A stretch of DNA of 64,000 nucleotides from Macrostomum lignano (lineage: Eukaryota), in contig NIVC01001664.1 of NCBI GenBank assembly GCA_002269645.1, positions 62,001-126,000 of the forward strand. The letters are read 5' to 3'. Of the stretch, positions 46,621 through 60,434 are shown piece after piece. The notes beneath the pieces are model-generated. The model was not told the DNA's origin, made no database searches, and saw nothing but the letters and a program-made list of their open reading frames with translations. The position numbers and the translations under genes are program-made. Position 1 is the stretch's first letter; every line of letters starts with the position of its first letter.

Positions 46621-47913
46621 ACTGCAGTTTCTCTACAATTTTTCATTTTAATTTCTCCAATAGTTTATTTTAACGTTTACTCGTAGTAGCGCCCAACGAA
46701 TCTGTGTCAATTGCTAAATCACTGCGTGACTTTGCAATCCTCGCGCGCGACCGTAGAAAACTTGCACGATCGATAATTTCAAGTTCTCCCGCCAGCCAAT
46801 GAAAACTCTCCGCGTGTATTATGCTAACCCTTCTGCGCTCTTTATTAAACCCCGCCTGGCGGCGGGCTGTGGGGTTTTTTCCCCTTTATGCTCTCTCGTT
46901 CCTTCGCCTGCCTTTGCTTTCCTTCGTGGCCTCTCGTTTTCCTTCTCTCGCCACGGCTCCACTCGCCAGCCAGACTGTTTACGCCTCTCCCGCCAAGTTG
47001 TACTCTACCACGGCTAGCGCCAGCTCTCCGCCGTTTCTGCCTACTCACGACCTCTACTCACTGCCATTGTCTCATCGCCATCCTTCATCGTCTACTCATC
47101 TTATCATTAACTCTGTTGCAGCCGCCAGTGCCCATATCGTTATTGCATTTGTACTACTATTAATATTTTTAGGAGACAAATATAAAAGCCACGACTTCAA
47201 CGTTAATTAATCATCGGTCTATTACTAAGTGCTACCGCTACACGAAACCGCTACACCGCCATTGTTCAATTCACCTTCCTTTTGGACTACAACGACAATT
47301 CTCGTCAAAACGGCCCTTTTAAGGGTTATAGCCACTACGACTCAAAACGTGACAACGCTTATGGTGAATGGAAGCTATAGGGGACAGTTCAGCCTGGCAC
47401 TGACTGGCACAGACTGCTGGACTAACTGGCACAGACTAAAACAGAATTTTGCATTTCCAGAGTCCCACTAGTCCGCCTTGACGCCATGCAGCGGCCGTTT
47501 TGCATAAATTTTCAGGCAAAAATCCTTTGTCTTATTATAGCAGCAGGTTTCAATGCAAAACTGCTCAAGGTGAGCCGTCACACCGTCAAGTATTAAGGGA
47601 AAAAGATCGAGAAACAGATGTAACTACTGTTATATTAGCATAAAGCTAAGCAACCCGTAAGGTCTATACGATCGGGGTGCTGCAAAAAGTTGCCGCGGTC
47701 TGTGCTGTATGTTGAACGACAGGAATGTCAATTAATAAGATGAGCTGAAATATTTTAACCACAACTCCTTAATTATACCTGTAGTTCCTTGCATAGCTGC
47801 TCTATTGAATGCTAAAACTGCAAAACGTTTCGACATGGTGAGAAAAACTTGCAACAATTAGTTTATATAATAGACGAATGTGGATGTGCATACACTGTAC
47901 AATATTATAATTA

Positions 47914-50900
47914 ACGAGGCCAACTCCTCCTCTGGAGGAGAAAGGGGAAGAACTCCCATCACCGGAATTCCATTCCCTGAACTCCATCAGCTGAATCCCA
48001 AGACCCGAATCCCATCATCCAACTTTTCTCCAAATCTAAAGTTTCTCCAGAAACTGGACTCAATCGAAATTTTCTCCGTGAAACTAAAATCCTCTCCGTG
48101 AAATTGAACACAATCGAAATCCTCTCCACGAAACAGAAATCCTCTCCGTATAAATGAATGGTCCGACCGGGCGTAGCTTGGTTGGGTGTTAAACCAGTGG
48201 GGCGTGGCTCTTGTGCGTTGGTGCGGGGGGTGGTGGGCCGGGCCTTGGTCACGTGCCCGCGGCTGGGTGGCGTTTATTTAATACGGTGCGGGCTGTCGCT
48301 GACCCGCCAAGCGCGTATTAATTTTTCTCCGTATATTTTTTCTCCGTATTCTCCGTATAATTCTCTCCGTATAAATGAAAACATCGGAATCGTCTCCGTT
48401 TAAACTGGACTCAATCGAATTTTCTCCGTCCAACAACTCAACTCTCCAGATTCATTGGTTAGGGTTAGGGTTAGAACTACGCTCAGCTGCAAGTTAAAAG
48501 GCACCGATAAAAATATTGAATTGAATTGAATCAATTGATTGTGCAACCGATTTCACAGTCAGTCAGTATCAGTTGAAGTTGAAGTTAACAAAAAGATTGC
48601 GCAATCTAAATCAACCCTCCAATACACAGCGATAGTAAGAATTTGAACCCTCACCCTACTTTGTCTATTATGTTCCGCAAAACTAAGTACAATCTTTGCA
48701 GGACCTTAAAAGTATGGAAACCATTTTCTTAATTCTAAGCTTTCTGTTTCCATATTTAAAGCAAACAACTTACATCCCTGAACTAAGCATTAAAAGATCT
48801 TTCCAGCAATATAAGTCTCTCCTCTCAAAGTTTAAAACTCGAGGTACAGTTAGCGTTTGAAATTTACTGATTTCCCGACTGCTTGCTAGAGAAGCTCGCA
48901 AGAATTTCACTGCCAAGCTAATACACAGGGCGCCAATAATAAAACCAATTGAATCTGGACATGTCCTATCAATCTGTTGACACTGTACAACTGCTATGTA
49001 CACTCAGCCCAAGCCCTACCCCCCGTTCTGGGGGAATCATTAAATTTAATTGAACCCCCCAACACGCGGGGGGGGGGTATTTGCATTGAACGCAGAACAC
49101 GCGCACCCACCCCCCAAAACACAGCGACCCGCGGGCGGAGGTTGGGGTGGCTATTTTTACAAACAGACTGCAACGAATCCACTGAAGAGGCAGAGTGGCC
49201 ACAGAAGGGCCAAAGAAGGTTAAGAAATCAGTTTTCTGCTTTTTTAGGGATCTCAAAATGAAAAAATTAAAGATTAAAATAGCTATAAACCCAGTCCGGA
49301 AAATTTGCAGTTTTCCCATATAAGTTTCAACGCTGACTTGCCAGTAGTCTAGGAGAAAAGTTGCAACATACGGACAAACAAACAAACATCGCATCACTTT
49401 TAGTATAAGGACGAGGCCAACTCCTCCTCTGGAGGAGAAAGGGGAAGAACTCCCATCACCGGAATTCCATTCCCTGAAATCCATCAGCTCAAATTCCATG
49501 ACTTGAATCCCATCTTCCAAATCATCTCCAAATCCTCTGTAAAGCCATAAAACCATATCTTGTTTTCCCTGTTCGCAAAAACTGACTGCCATTGTCCAGA
49601 CTCAGATTCTTCTGTCTCCTCTCTTCTCTTTTCTCTCCTCTCACGTCTCTCATCTCTACTACCTTATTTATCTCTTCTCCCTCGTCTTTCGTCTTTCTCT
49701 CCTGTCTCCTTTATCCCCTGTTTTCTCCTCTCTCCTCTCTTCTCTCCTCTCTCATCTCTCATCCCTCATGCCTCATCTCACTATTTCTTTCTCCTCTACT
49801 CTCAGCTCCTCTCTTCTCTCTCCTCTCATCTCTCCTGTCTCCCTCTGCTATCTCATATCTTCCCTCTCATCTCCTCTCTCCTCTTCTCTTCTCTCTCCTT
49901 CGTTCCCGCTTACTCCCCTCTTCTCTCCCATCTGTCATGTCTAATCTCTCGTCTCATTTCTACTCTGTTTTCTATCATCTCATCTCATCTCTCTTCTCTT
50001 TTCATTCTTCTCTTTACTCTCTTCTCTGACTGATTGAAGATGCCAAATCCATCCTCCTCTCCGCGAAGCAGAAAAATCCTGTCCATGCAACTGAAAACCA
50101 TCGAAATCCTCTCCGTGAAACTGGACTCCTTCGAAATCATTTCCTTGAAACTTAAATCCATCAAAATGGTCTCCATAAAACAGAAATCAATCATAAATTA
50201 TCTCCGCGAAACAGAAATCCTCTCCGTGAAGCTGAACATCATCGAAATCCTCTCCGTGAAACTGAACATCATCGAAATCCTTTCCACGAAACTGAACACG
50301 ATCGAAATCCTCTCCACAAAACTGAACACCATCGAAATCCTCTCCACGAAACTGAACACCATCGAAATCCTCTCCACGAAACTGAACACCATCGAAATCC
50401 TCTCCACGAAACAGAAATCCTCTTCGTCAAAATTAAAACATTGAAATCGTCTCCGCTAAACTGGACTCAATCGAATTTTTTCCATCAAACAACTCAACTC
50501 TCCGGATTCATTGGTTAGGGTTAGGGTTAGGGTTAGGGTTAGAACTACGCACAGGTTTGTGTTAAAAGGCACTGATAAAAAAATATTGAACTAATTGAAT
50601 CAATTCATTGCGCAACTGATTTCACAGTCAGTCAGTCAATCTAAATCAACCCTCCAATACACAGCAGCAGTGAGAAGTTGAACCCTCCCCCCAACTTTAT
50701 CTATTACGTCTCGCAAAACTGATTACAATTTTGCAAAAAGTTAAAAGTATGGGAATAGTTTTCCCAATGAAAAGCTTTTAGTTTTCATATATAAAGCAAA
50801 CAACTTATATCCTCGAACTCTGCGTTGCAAGATCTTTCCAGCAATATAAGTGTCTCCTCTCAAAGTTTAAAACTCGAGGAACAGTTAGCGTTTGAAATTT

Positions 50901-53571
50901 ACCGATTTCCCGACTGCTTGCTAGAGAAGCTCGCAAGTTTATTCATTGAATTTCACTGCCAAGCTAATACACACGGCTGCCTATGGAGAAAAAAGGCGCC
51001 AATAATAAAACCAATTGAATCTCGACACAGTCCTGACTCCTATCTATCTGTTTACACTGTACAACTGCTATGTACACTCAGCCCAAGACCAACCCCCCGT
51101 TCTGGGGGGAATCATTAAATTCAACCCAACCCCCCAACACGCGGGGGGGTTTTATTTGCATTGAACGCAGAACACGCGCACCCACCACCACTCAATACAC
51201 AGCGGCCCGCGGGCGGAGGTTGGGGTGGCTATTTTTACAAACAGACTGCAACCCCTCCACTGGAGAGGCAGAGTGACCACAGAAGGGCCAAAGAAGGTTA
51301 AGAAATTAGTTTTCTGCTTTTTTAGGGATCTTAAAATGTAAAAATGAAAGATTAAAATTGCTATAAACCCAATCCGGAAAATTTGCAGTTTACCCATATA
51401 AGTTTCAACGCTGACTTGTCAGTAGTCTAGGAGAAAAATTGCAACACACATACAGACAAACAAACAACGCACCAGTTTTAGTATTAAGAGACGAGGCCAA
51501 CTCCTCCTCTGGAGGAGAAAGGGGAAGAACTCCCATCACCGGAATTCCATTCCCTGAAATCCATCAGCTCAAATTCCATGACTTGAATCCCATCTTCCAA
51601 ATCATCTCCAAATCCTCTGTAAAGCCATAAAACCATATCTTGTTTTCCCTGTTCGCAAAAACTGACTGCCATTGTCCAGACTCAGATTCTTCTGTCTCCT
51701 CTCTTCTCTTTTCTCTCCTCTCACGTCTCTCATCTCTACTACCTTATTTATCTCTTCTCCCTCGTCTTTCGTCTTTCTCTCCTGTCTCCTTTATCCCCTG
51801 TTTTCTCCTCTCTCCTCTCTTCTCTCCTCTCTCATCTCTCATCCCTCATGCCTCATCTCACTATTTCTTTCTCCTCTACTCTCAGCTCCTCTCTTCTCTC
51901 TCCTCTCATCTCTCCTGTCTCCCTCTGCTATCTCATATCTTCCCTCTCATCTCCTCTCTCCTCTTCTCTTCTCTCTCCTTCGTTCCCGCTTACTCCCCTC
52001 TTCTCTCCCATCTGTCATGTCTAATCTCTCGTCTCATTTCTACTCTGTTTTCTATCATCTCATCTCATCTCTCTTCTCTTTTCATTCTTCTCTTTACTCT
52101 CTTCTCTGACTGATTGAAGATGCCAAATCCATCCTCCTCTCCGCGAAGCAGAAAAATCCTGTCCATGCAACTGAAAACCATCGAAATCCTCTCCGTGAAA
52201 CTGGACTCCTTCGAAATCATTTCCTTGAAACTTAAATCCATCAAAATGGTCTCCATAAAACAGAAATCAATCATAAATTATCTCCGCGAAACAGAAATCC
52301 TCTCCGTGAAGCTGAACATCATCGAAATCCTCTCCGTGAAACTGAACATCATCGAAATCCTTTCCACGAAACTGAACACGATCGAAATCCTCTCCACAAA
52401 ACTGAACACCATCGAAATCCTCTCCACGAAACTGAACACCATCGAAATCCTCTCCACGAAACTGAACACCATCGAAATCCTCTCCACGAAACAGAAATCC
52501 TCTTCGTCAAAATTAAAACATTGAAATCGTCTCCGCTAAACTGGACTCAATCGAATTTTTTCCATCAAACAACTCAACTCTCCGGATTCATTGGTTAGGG
52601 TTAGGGTTAGGGTTAGGGTTAGAACTACGCACAGGTTTGTGTTAAAAGGCACTGATAAAAAAATATTGAACTAATTGAATCAATTCATTGCGCAACTGAT
52701 TTCACAGTCAGTCAGTCAATCTAAATCAACCCTCCAATACACAGCAGCAGTGAGAAGTTGAACCCTCCCCCCAACTTTATCTATTACGTCTCGCAAAACT
52801 GATTACAATTTTGCAAAAAGTTAAAAGTATGGGAATAGTTTTCCCAATGAAAAGCTTTTAGTTTTCATATATAAAGCAAACAACTTATATCCTCGAACTC
52901 TGCGTTGCAAGATCTTTCCAGCAATATAAGTGTCTCCTCTCAAAGTTTAAAACTCGAGGAACAGTTAGCGTTTGAAATTTACCGATTTCCCGACTGCTTG
53001 CTAGAGAAGCTCGCAAGTTTATTCATTGAATTTCACTGCCAAGCTAATACACACGGCTGCCTATGGAGAAAAAAGGCGCCAATAATAAAACCAATTGAAT
53101 CTCGACACAGTCCTGACTCCTATCTATCTGTTTACACTGTACAACTGCTATGTACACTCAGCCCAAGACCAACCCCCCCGTTCTGGGGGAATCATTAAAT
53201 TCAACCCAACCCCCCAACACGCGGGGGGGTTTTATTTGCATTGAACGCAGAACACGCGCACCCACCACCACTCAATACACAGCGGCCCGCGGGCGGAGGT
53301 TGGGGTGGCTATTTTTACAAACAGACTGCAACCCCTCCACTGGAGAGGCAGAGTGACCACAGAAGGGCCAAAGAAGGTTAAGAAATTAGTTTTCTGCTTT
53401 TTTAGGGATCTTAAAATGTAAAAATGAAAGATTAAAATTGCTATAAACCCAATCCGGAAAATTTGCAGTTTACCCATATAAGTTTCAACGCTGACTTGTC
53501 AGTAGTCTAGGAGAAAAATTGCAACACACATACAGACAAACAAACAACGCACCACTTTTAGTATTAAGACG
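47914..53571. repeat. Three tandem copies of a ~2.08-kb unit (one diverged 1.5-kb copy plus two near-identical copies), each with a (TTAGGG)n tract; the two long copies also have CT-rich and 30-bp repeats
   Basis: acgaggccaactcc at 47914, 49411 and 51491. Duplicated ORFs are offset by 2080. Confidence 0.93.
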
Positions 53572-55927
53572 AAGGAGGAAACCGTTGTGTCAGGACGTAG
53601 CACACTCCTATGGAAACTTACGGTACAACCATGCAACGGTAACACCATTGTCTTTGATTCAATGTTTATAAGCATTTCACGTGAATTTTGCTACTTAATT
53701 AATTTTTGAATGCTTTACAATACACACTATAGGGCCTACACTGAAAACAAGTTTGTAATTTCAATTATCCATTCCTATATGATAAACATGTTATTCTTCG
53801 TACTAAAAATATTGTAAACTCAGCATAAAAACTTGTTGCATTTCTTAAAATAACTTTTAGCTTTCTATTTTCTGCTGTTTCAAGCGTAAAGCCTCAGCTG
53901 AAAAATAAAACCTATGAAAAATATTAGTTCCTAAAAAATTCTTAGAATGCTACGTAAAGCATAATTTAATTTAAACTCCTATTATTCCAAGAAAACAGCA
54001 ATGCAAACAATTTATAAATGAATCGAATCGATGCTATCCGAATCCAAATAAAACTAATGATGTAATATATTAAATAATATACTAACAGTCTCTAGTCTCG
54101 TATAAGACGATGTGCGTTTAAAAACCTAATTAACTAAGTAAATATAAAGTTGCACACGATTTTTACTATATTTTGTAAGGGATGACTTGGTTGCTCGTGG
54201 CTTGTGGTACTGGTAGGTAGGTCTATTCTATAGGTCTATATAAGCCTATGGTATGGGCTATGGCCTACCAGGAAGTCTGATCTGAGGGGCACTTCCCACC
54301 TGGCTGGATCTAGGGGTAAGGAACAGTTGCACTGCCTAGGACATAGCCGATAAACATTAAAAGAAATGGTGCCTTTGACTGGTGACTTTCAGTCAAATTT
54401 TATTGGTCTTCCTCCAGGCTCCATGACCTGGATGGCCCCTTATGTTATGGGCATGGCTTACTGAATGCCAATAAGGGTCTATCTCCCTCTTAGACAGTCT
54501 AGCTAACAAATGAAATTGAATTATTAAAATGCAATAATAGAAATTGAATTCATTTAATTTTGTCAATGGCTATATATAATATAATGTCGGCCTAGTTGTA
54601 GACTTGTAGCATCAAATCCTATTTTAATAGCTAGGTCTATAACTATATAGAGATCTCAGATCTAGTAGGCTTAGCCATCTCACTTATTTTTGATATTTTT
54701 TATTTAATCAATTTATATGCTTAGTCCCCTTATGTATTGTTTAACTTTTATAGTTTTATCCTATACTTTAATTGATAAAAATAAATCTAATATAGCTAAG
54801 GAAAGTAGCAAAAACTTTGCAATAATACCTAGTGGAATAAGCAACCCTTACTATCCCATTATATCTAGGCCTATAGACCACCCTGTATCTAAGTTGCAAT
54901 ATGCCTAATACCTAAAAATTTAGTCTTAGGTTTAAAATGCATAAAAGGACTATAAAAGAACATTTTACCATTTTTGCTATAACTAATGCCTAATCAAGCT
55001 ACTTGTTTTTCTTATAATAGACTGTGATAGGACCTATTCTGGACTAAAGCCAAGGTAGCAAATGTTTAATTTATTTGTATTTTTTACATGGATTAATGCA
55101 CATCATTGTCTTAACTCTTGACTCTCATACAAAGGCAATAGAGCAAGAAGCAATAGCTTTGAAACATGGTGCACAGATGGCGCACAAATGGCACATAGAT
55201 AGCACACAGATTGTCCCAAAAAATTATTCTGGTACACACTATGCCACTTTCTTGACTTTGGACCTAGGCCCCTATTAAAAAGAAAAACAATCAAAAATGA
55301 AAAAGCCATTTCTCTGAAAACAATAATAGTTTATTATCATCCAGTGAAAATCCTTATTGTCTCTAACTATCCCAGGTCCAATTTTTATAACATTTTTTAC
55401 CAAACCCAGCTTCCTAGTATCACTGTGAGCAGAATGACCTATCATTTGAATACATAAGTTATTCAGGCTCCACTTTATGAGCTTCAGTTGATAGGCCCTT
55501 ACTTTGCTTGCTATCTTTCAATTCATGATTTTTAGGTATAATATACTATATATCTTGATTTTGATATATCATGTAATAATATATACCCATGCTAAAATTT
55601 TATATTCAAAATTGTTATTCAGACTCTTTGATTAGGCTCTTAGTTGAGTTTCTTGTATGTTCTATGACCTTGCTATATCCTTTAGTAGATGCTATGTATG
55701 CTTCTTAATGTATAGTTCATTTGTAATTTTACTTATAATCTTTAGATTTTTATAATTGTAACTGTCAGTATGCTCATAGCAATTGACCTGATCCTTTTTA
55801 TACACCAAATTCTTTTCAGGGATATATATGCTCAGATTTAACTTCAAGCATTAACAATTCATTAACTACAAAAGCTTTATTAGATACTCCAATAAGCTTA
55901 GCTATAAATTACTTAGAAAGAGGCAGG

Positions 55928-56044
55928 ATGGGTGGACAGAGGCGCAGCGCTGCTGAAGTGAATTTTACAAGACTGGCCAGGCGCATGGAGGAGATGGTGC
56001 GAGACAGGGCTGCATCTGGTTGGCGATTTGGGCGCTACCTTCAG
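55928..56044 (+). CDS. USE1: SNARE USE1, exon 1
   Basis: MGGQRRSAAEVNFTRLARRMEEM...WRFGRYLQ resembles the USE1 N-terminus (E.N..RL..R.E.M...WR...Y). Donor CAG|GTTAGT. Confidence 0.8.
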
Positions 56045-56089
56045 GTTAGTAGTGTCTATTAGTGTGTAGTGTCTATCTCGAATGAGGAT

Positions 56090-57445
56090 AAAAATCTCAT
56101 GATGGGGATATCTGGCCAATCTCAAATGAGGATAACAAGTCAGGATGGGGATATCTGGCCAATCTCAAATGAGGATAACAAGTCAGGATGGGGATATCTG
56201 GCCAATCTCAAATGAGGATAAAGATCCCAGCAAGTCAGGATGGGGATATCTGGCCAATCTCAAATGAGGATAAAGATCCCAGCAAGTCAGGATGGGGATA
56301 TCTGGCCAATCTCAAATGAGGATAAAGATCCCAGCAAGTCAGGATGGGGATATCTGGCCAATCTCAAATGAGGATAACAAGTCAGGATGGGGATATCTGG
56401 CCAATCTCAAATGAGGATAAAGATCCCAGCAAGTCAGGATGGGGATATCTGGCCAATCTCAAATGAGGATAAAGATCCCAGCAAGTCAGGATGGGGATAT
56501 CTGGCCAATCTCAAATGAGGATAAAGATCCCAGCAAGTCAGGATGGGGATATCTGGCCAATCTCAAATGAGGATAACAAGTCAGGATGGGGATATCTGGC
56601 CAATCTCAAATGAGGATAAAGATCCCAGCAAGTCAGGATGGGGATATCTGGCCAATCTCAAATGAGGATAAAGATCCCAGCAAGTCAGGATGGGGATATC
56701 TGGCCAATCTCAAATGAGGATAAAGATCCCAGCAAGTCAGGATGGGGATATCTGGCCAATCTCAAATGAGGATAACAAGTCAGGATGGGGATATCTGGCC
56801 AATCTCAAATGAGGATAAAGATCCCAGCAAGTCAGGATGGGGATATCTGGCCAATCTCAAATGAGGATAAAGATCCCAGCAAGTCAGGATGGGGATATCT
56901 GGCCAATCTCAAATGAGGATAAAGATCCCAGCAAGTCAGGATGGGGATATCTGGCCAATCTCAAATGAGGATAAAGATCCCAGCAAGTCAGGATGGGGAT
57001 ATCTGGCCAATCTCAAATGAGGATAAAGATCCCAGCAAGTCAGGATGGGGATATCTGGCCAATCTCAAATGAGGATAACAAGTCAGGATGGGGATATCTG
57101 GCCAATCTCAAATGAGGATAAAGATCCCAGAAAGTCAGGATGGGGATATCTGGCCAATCTTAAATGAGGATAAAGATCCCAGCAAGTCAGGATGGGGATA
57201 TCTGGCCAATCTCAAATGAGGATAAAGATCCCAGCAAGTCATGATGGGGATATCTGGCCAATCTCAAATGAGGATAACAAGTCAGGATGGGGATATCTGG
57301 CCAATCTCAAATGAGGATAAAGATCCCAGCAAGTCAGGATGGGGATATCTGGCCAATCTCAAATGAGGATAGCAAGTCAGGATGGGTATATCTGGCCAAT
57401 CTCAAATGAGGATAGCAAGTCAGGATGGGGATATCTGGCCAATCT
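56090..57445. repeat. 43/52-bp minisatellite with 199-bp higher-order structure in USE1 intron 1
   Basis: Short units at 56343, 56542, 56741, 57044 and 57243. Confidence 0.95.
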
Positions 57446-57471
57446 CTCACCCTCACCCATGCTCTGCTCAG

Positions 57472-57828
57472 TCCTTACGCACTCGCCTGGGCGACCTAAA
57501 GCGGCTGGAAGGCCCTCTCCGGCCGGACGAGGCTCGGATTAAGTACTACGAAGAACGCCTGACAATGCTGCAGTCCGTTCTGGACGCTGAGCAGCGGTCG
57601 GCCAGTCTGCAGGAGAAGACCGACCTCCTCTCATCGGTGCCGGCGCCAGTAGCCGCTGCTGCAGCAGCCGCCGTTTCCGCGGCAAATTCCAACGGCTCAA
57701 GCGGCGGCGGCACTGAAGCGCAGACCGGGGCTGCTCTGTCTTCGTCTGGCGGCGGCGTCGACGAATCAATCGTGCGTGACGTTCTGTTCTCCAAGGACGT
57801 GCTGGCACTGAGCAAGGCGCATTTGGAG
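57472..57828 (+). CDS. USE1: USE1 exon 2
   Basis: Acceptor ctcag|, 119 codons (..IKYYEERLTMLQSVLDAEQ..), donor GAG|GTGAAG. Confidence 0.8.
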
Positions 57829-57867
57829 GTGAAGCTCGGGGGTCTTTACTGACACTCACCCTTAAAC

Positions 57868-58395
57868 TAGATGGAACCCTTTGACCCAGATGGTCACCCC
57901 TTGACCCAGATGGTCACCCCTTGACCCAGATGGTCACCCCTTGACCCAGATAGTCACCCCTTGACCCAGATGATCACCCCTTGACCCAGATGGTCGCCCC
58001 TTGACCCAGATGATCACCCCTTGACCCAGATGGCCACCCTTTGACCCAGATGGTCGCCCCTTGACCCAGATGATCACCCCTTGACCCAGATGGTCGCCCC
58101 TTGACCCAGATGATCACCCCTTGACCCAGATGGTCACCCTTTGACCCAGATGGTCACCCTTTGACCCAGATGGTCTTTCTTGACCGAGATAGTCACCCCT
58201 TGACCTAGATGTTCACCCCTTGACCCAGATGGTCACCCTTTGACCCAGATGGTCTTTCTTGACCGAGATAGTCACCCCTTGACCCAGATGGCCACCCCTT
58301 GACCCAGATGGTCTTTCTTGACCCAGATAGTCACCCCTTGACCCAGATGGTCACCCCTTGACCCAGATGGTCACCCTTTGACTCAGATGGTCACC
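57868..58395. repeat. 20-bp minisatellite in USE1 intron 2 (ccccttgacccagatggtca)
   Basis: Read directly. Confidence 0.96.
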
Positions 58396-58426
58396 TGCTT
58401 TTATTCACCAATGTCTCATCTTTCAG

Positions 58427-58858
58427 ACTCAAGCCCGCCGCGAGCTGCTCAGCTTCAGCCAGTCCGAGCACCGCTCCAAGTCTCGGCAGGACGCTCCGGT
58501 CGTTGCGCCAGCAAAGCCGGCAGCAGCCTCGGCAGGTGCGGCAGCAGACGAGGAGCGCGCCCTGCAGGACAGCGTCACCGAGAACATGCTCAGCTTGGCC
58601 AGGTCGCTTAAACAGTCCGCCCGCATGTCCGGGGACACTGTCCGAGCCGATCTGGACAAAATCCGTCAGCTGTCAGACCTATCGGACGTGAATTATGGCC
58701 GGCTGAAGTCGGAATCGGGCCGGCTGGACCAGCAGCTGGCCCGGCAGTGCAACTGGCTGCTGTGGTTCATGGTTGCGCTAGTTGCTGTCACCTTTGTCGG
58801 CATGGTGCTGTTTATGCGACTGTTTTCTAAGAAAATCAGACCCGCGTCTAGCGTGTGA
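58427..58858 (+). CDS. USE1: USE1 exon 3 (SNARE motif + TM); spliced product 301 aa
   Basis: TQARRELL..ENMLSLARSLKQ..LKSESGRLDQ..CNWLLWFM + hydrophobic tail anchor. All junctions phase 0. Confidence 0.88.
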   Translation, partial: TQARRELLSFSQSEHRSKSRQDAPVVAPAKPAAASAGAAADEERALQDSVTENMLSLARSLKQSARMSGDTVRADLDKIRQLSDLSDVNYGRLKSESGRLDQQLARQCNWLLWFMVALVAVTFVGMVLFMRLFSKKIRPASSV

Positions 58859-59134
58859 GCGCGTGCAATTCGATTGGAATTACTTTGGTGATTTTTATTG
58901 ACTTGTTGATAAATTTGTGAAAATATACTGTTTAAAATATTAAATTAACCAGATTTACGCGTATTTAAAGGTGCACTGGTGACTTGTTGACACAGAAACT
59001 ATGCATTCTTCAAATTCTACACTGTATATTCTTAATCTTAAGTAGTTGACGGATTAAATTACTGTAGCTAACATGGATAAGTTAAGAGTGTCAACGTTTA
59101 ATCACACATCAGGAGCACGTACACTCGCATCGTG

Positions 59135-59605
59135 ACCCGATGTGTGTCTGGTGCCACCTTAGTGAGGCCTTGGGTGATGACCCTATGTGTGTGTCTGGTG
59201 CCACTTTAGTGAGGCCTTGGGTGAATGTACAGTGACCCGATGTGTGTGTCTGGTGCCACTTTAGTGAGGCCTTGGGTGAATGACCCTATGTGTGTGTCTG
59301 GTGCCACTTTAGTGAGGCCTTGGGTGAATGACCCTATGTGTGTGTCTGGTGCCACTTTAGTGAGGCCTTGGGTGAATGACCCTATGTGTGTGTGTCTGGT
59401 GCCACTTTAGTGAGGCCTTGGGTGAATGTACAGTGACCCGATGTGTGTGTCTGGTGCCACTTTAGTGAGGCCTTTGGTTGAATGCACAGTGATCCGATGT
59501 GTGTGTCTGGTGCCACTTTAGTGAGGCCTTTGGTTGAATGCACAGTGACCCGATGTGTGTGTCTGATGCCACATTAGTGAGGCCTTGGTTGAATGTACAG
59601 TGATT
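59135..59605. repeat. ~48-bp minisatellite (with longer variant)
   Basis: gaccc at 59282 and 59330. Confidence 0.93.
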
Positions 59606-60434
59606 CATGTGTCTTGTACTATACAGAGAACTGGGGTGTGTGTAAAATGATCCAGTTTATGTCTTAGTTGCGTGCATGATTGTACAGTGACGGATTTTTG
59701 CTAGACCTTTGTAATTTCCAGTGACTTGAAATTTCCGGTTTGAATACCACTCTGCAAGCCGTGTACGCGGAAGTAGATGTCCATTGAACATTTCCTCTGT
59801 GGGACTGTCTACTTTCAGAACAGCCTTCACCATCAGAGATGCGTAGAATGCAAACATCCTGCCGCTTGCATTTGCTGTTCAAAACCCTAATTGATCCAAA
59901 ATAGGTTAGACAGGACTAATTTAGCAGGCAGATCTGCCAGGAGCAAACCAAATGATTCAGTCAGCCAGCCAGACAATTGGCTACTTATCAGATGATATTC
60001 GATCTATTAACTACTAGGCACAACCTCTTAATGCTCGATTTCAAATGTGTTCGATGAAGCTTTGCGGGAATACAAAATTTAGACTTTATTTTCATGCGCT
60101 TCTAAGTCGAGCTTAGTTCTAAACATTTGGCATGCAGTCGTAAAGATAGTAACTGTGGTTTGAAACTGTCGATATGAATAATTATGTGTGCTTTAATGAT
60201 ATATTGCTTCAAAGCTTAACAGGTAACGGAAGCAGGTAGTGAAGTGGCGACTAAGATTAAATCAGTCGAATTTCGAGAGTAGAATGCGTCTGATGGCTCC
60301 CTAGTGAGGGTTCTATTCCGACACCTGGGGTCTGAAATAGTTAAGATTATCGGAGTCTTTGTAACCCCGTGCTCTGTTTGTTGACTCATATGAGCCTAAT
60401 GAAAAAGAAGCAATATACTAGTAAAGTCTGCTGC

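Noticed and set aside
49560-52524. Hydrophobic Ser/Leu ORFs and IEILSTKLNT-repeat ORFs
   Set aside because: They come from CT-rich and 30-bp tandem tracts within the duplicated non-coding unit.
59657-59882. Two overlapping short minus-strand ORFs
   Set aside because: No motif, and they lie beyond the stop codon of the neighbouring gene.
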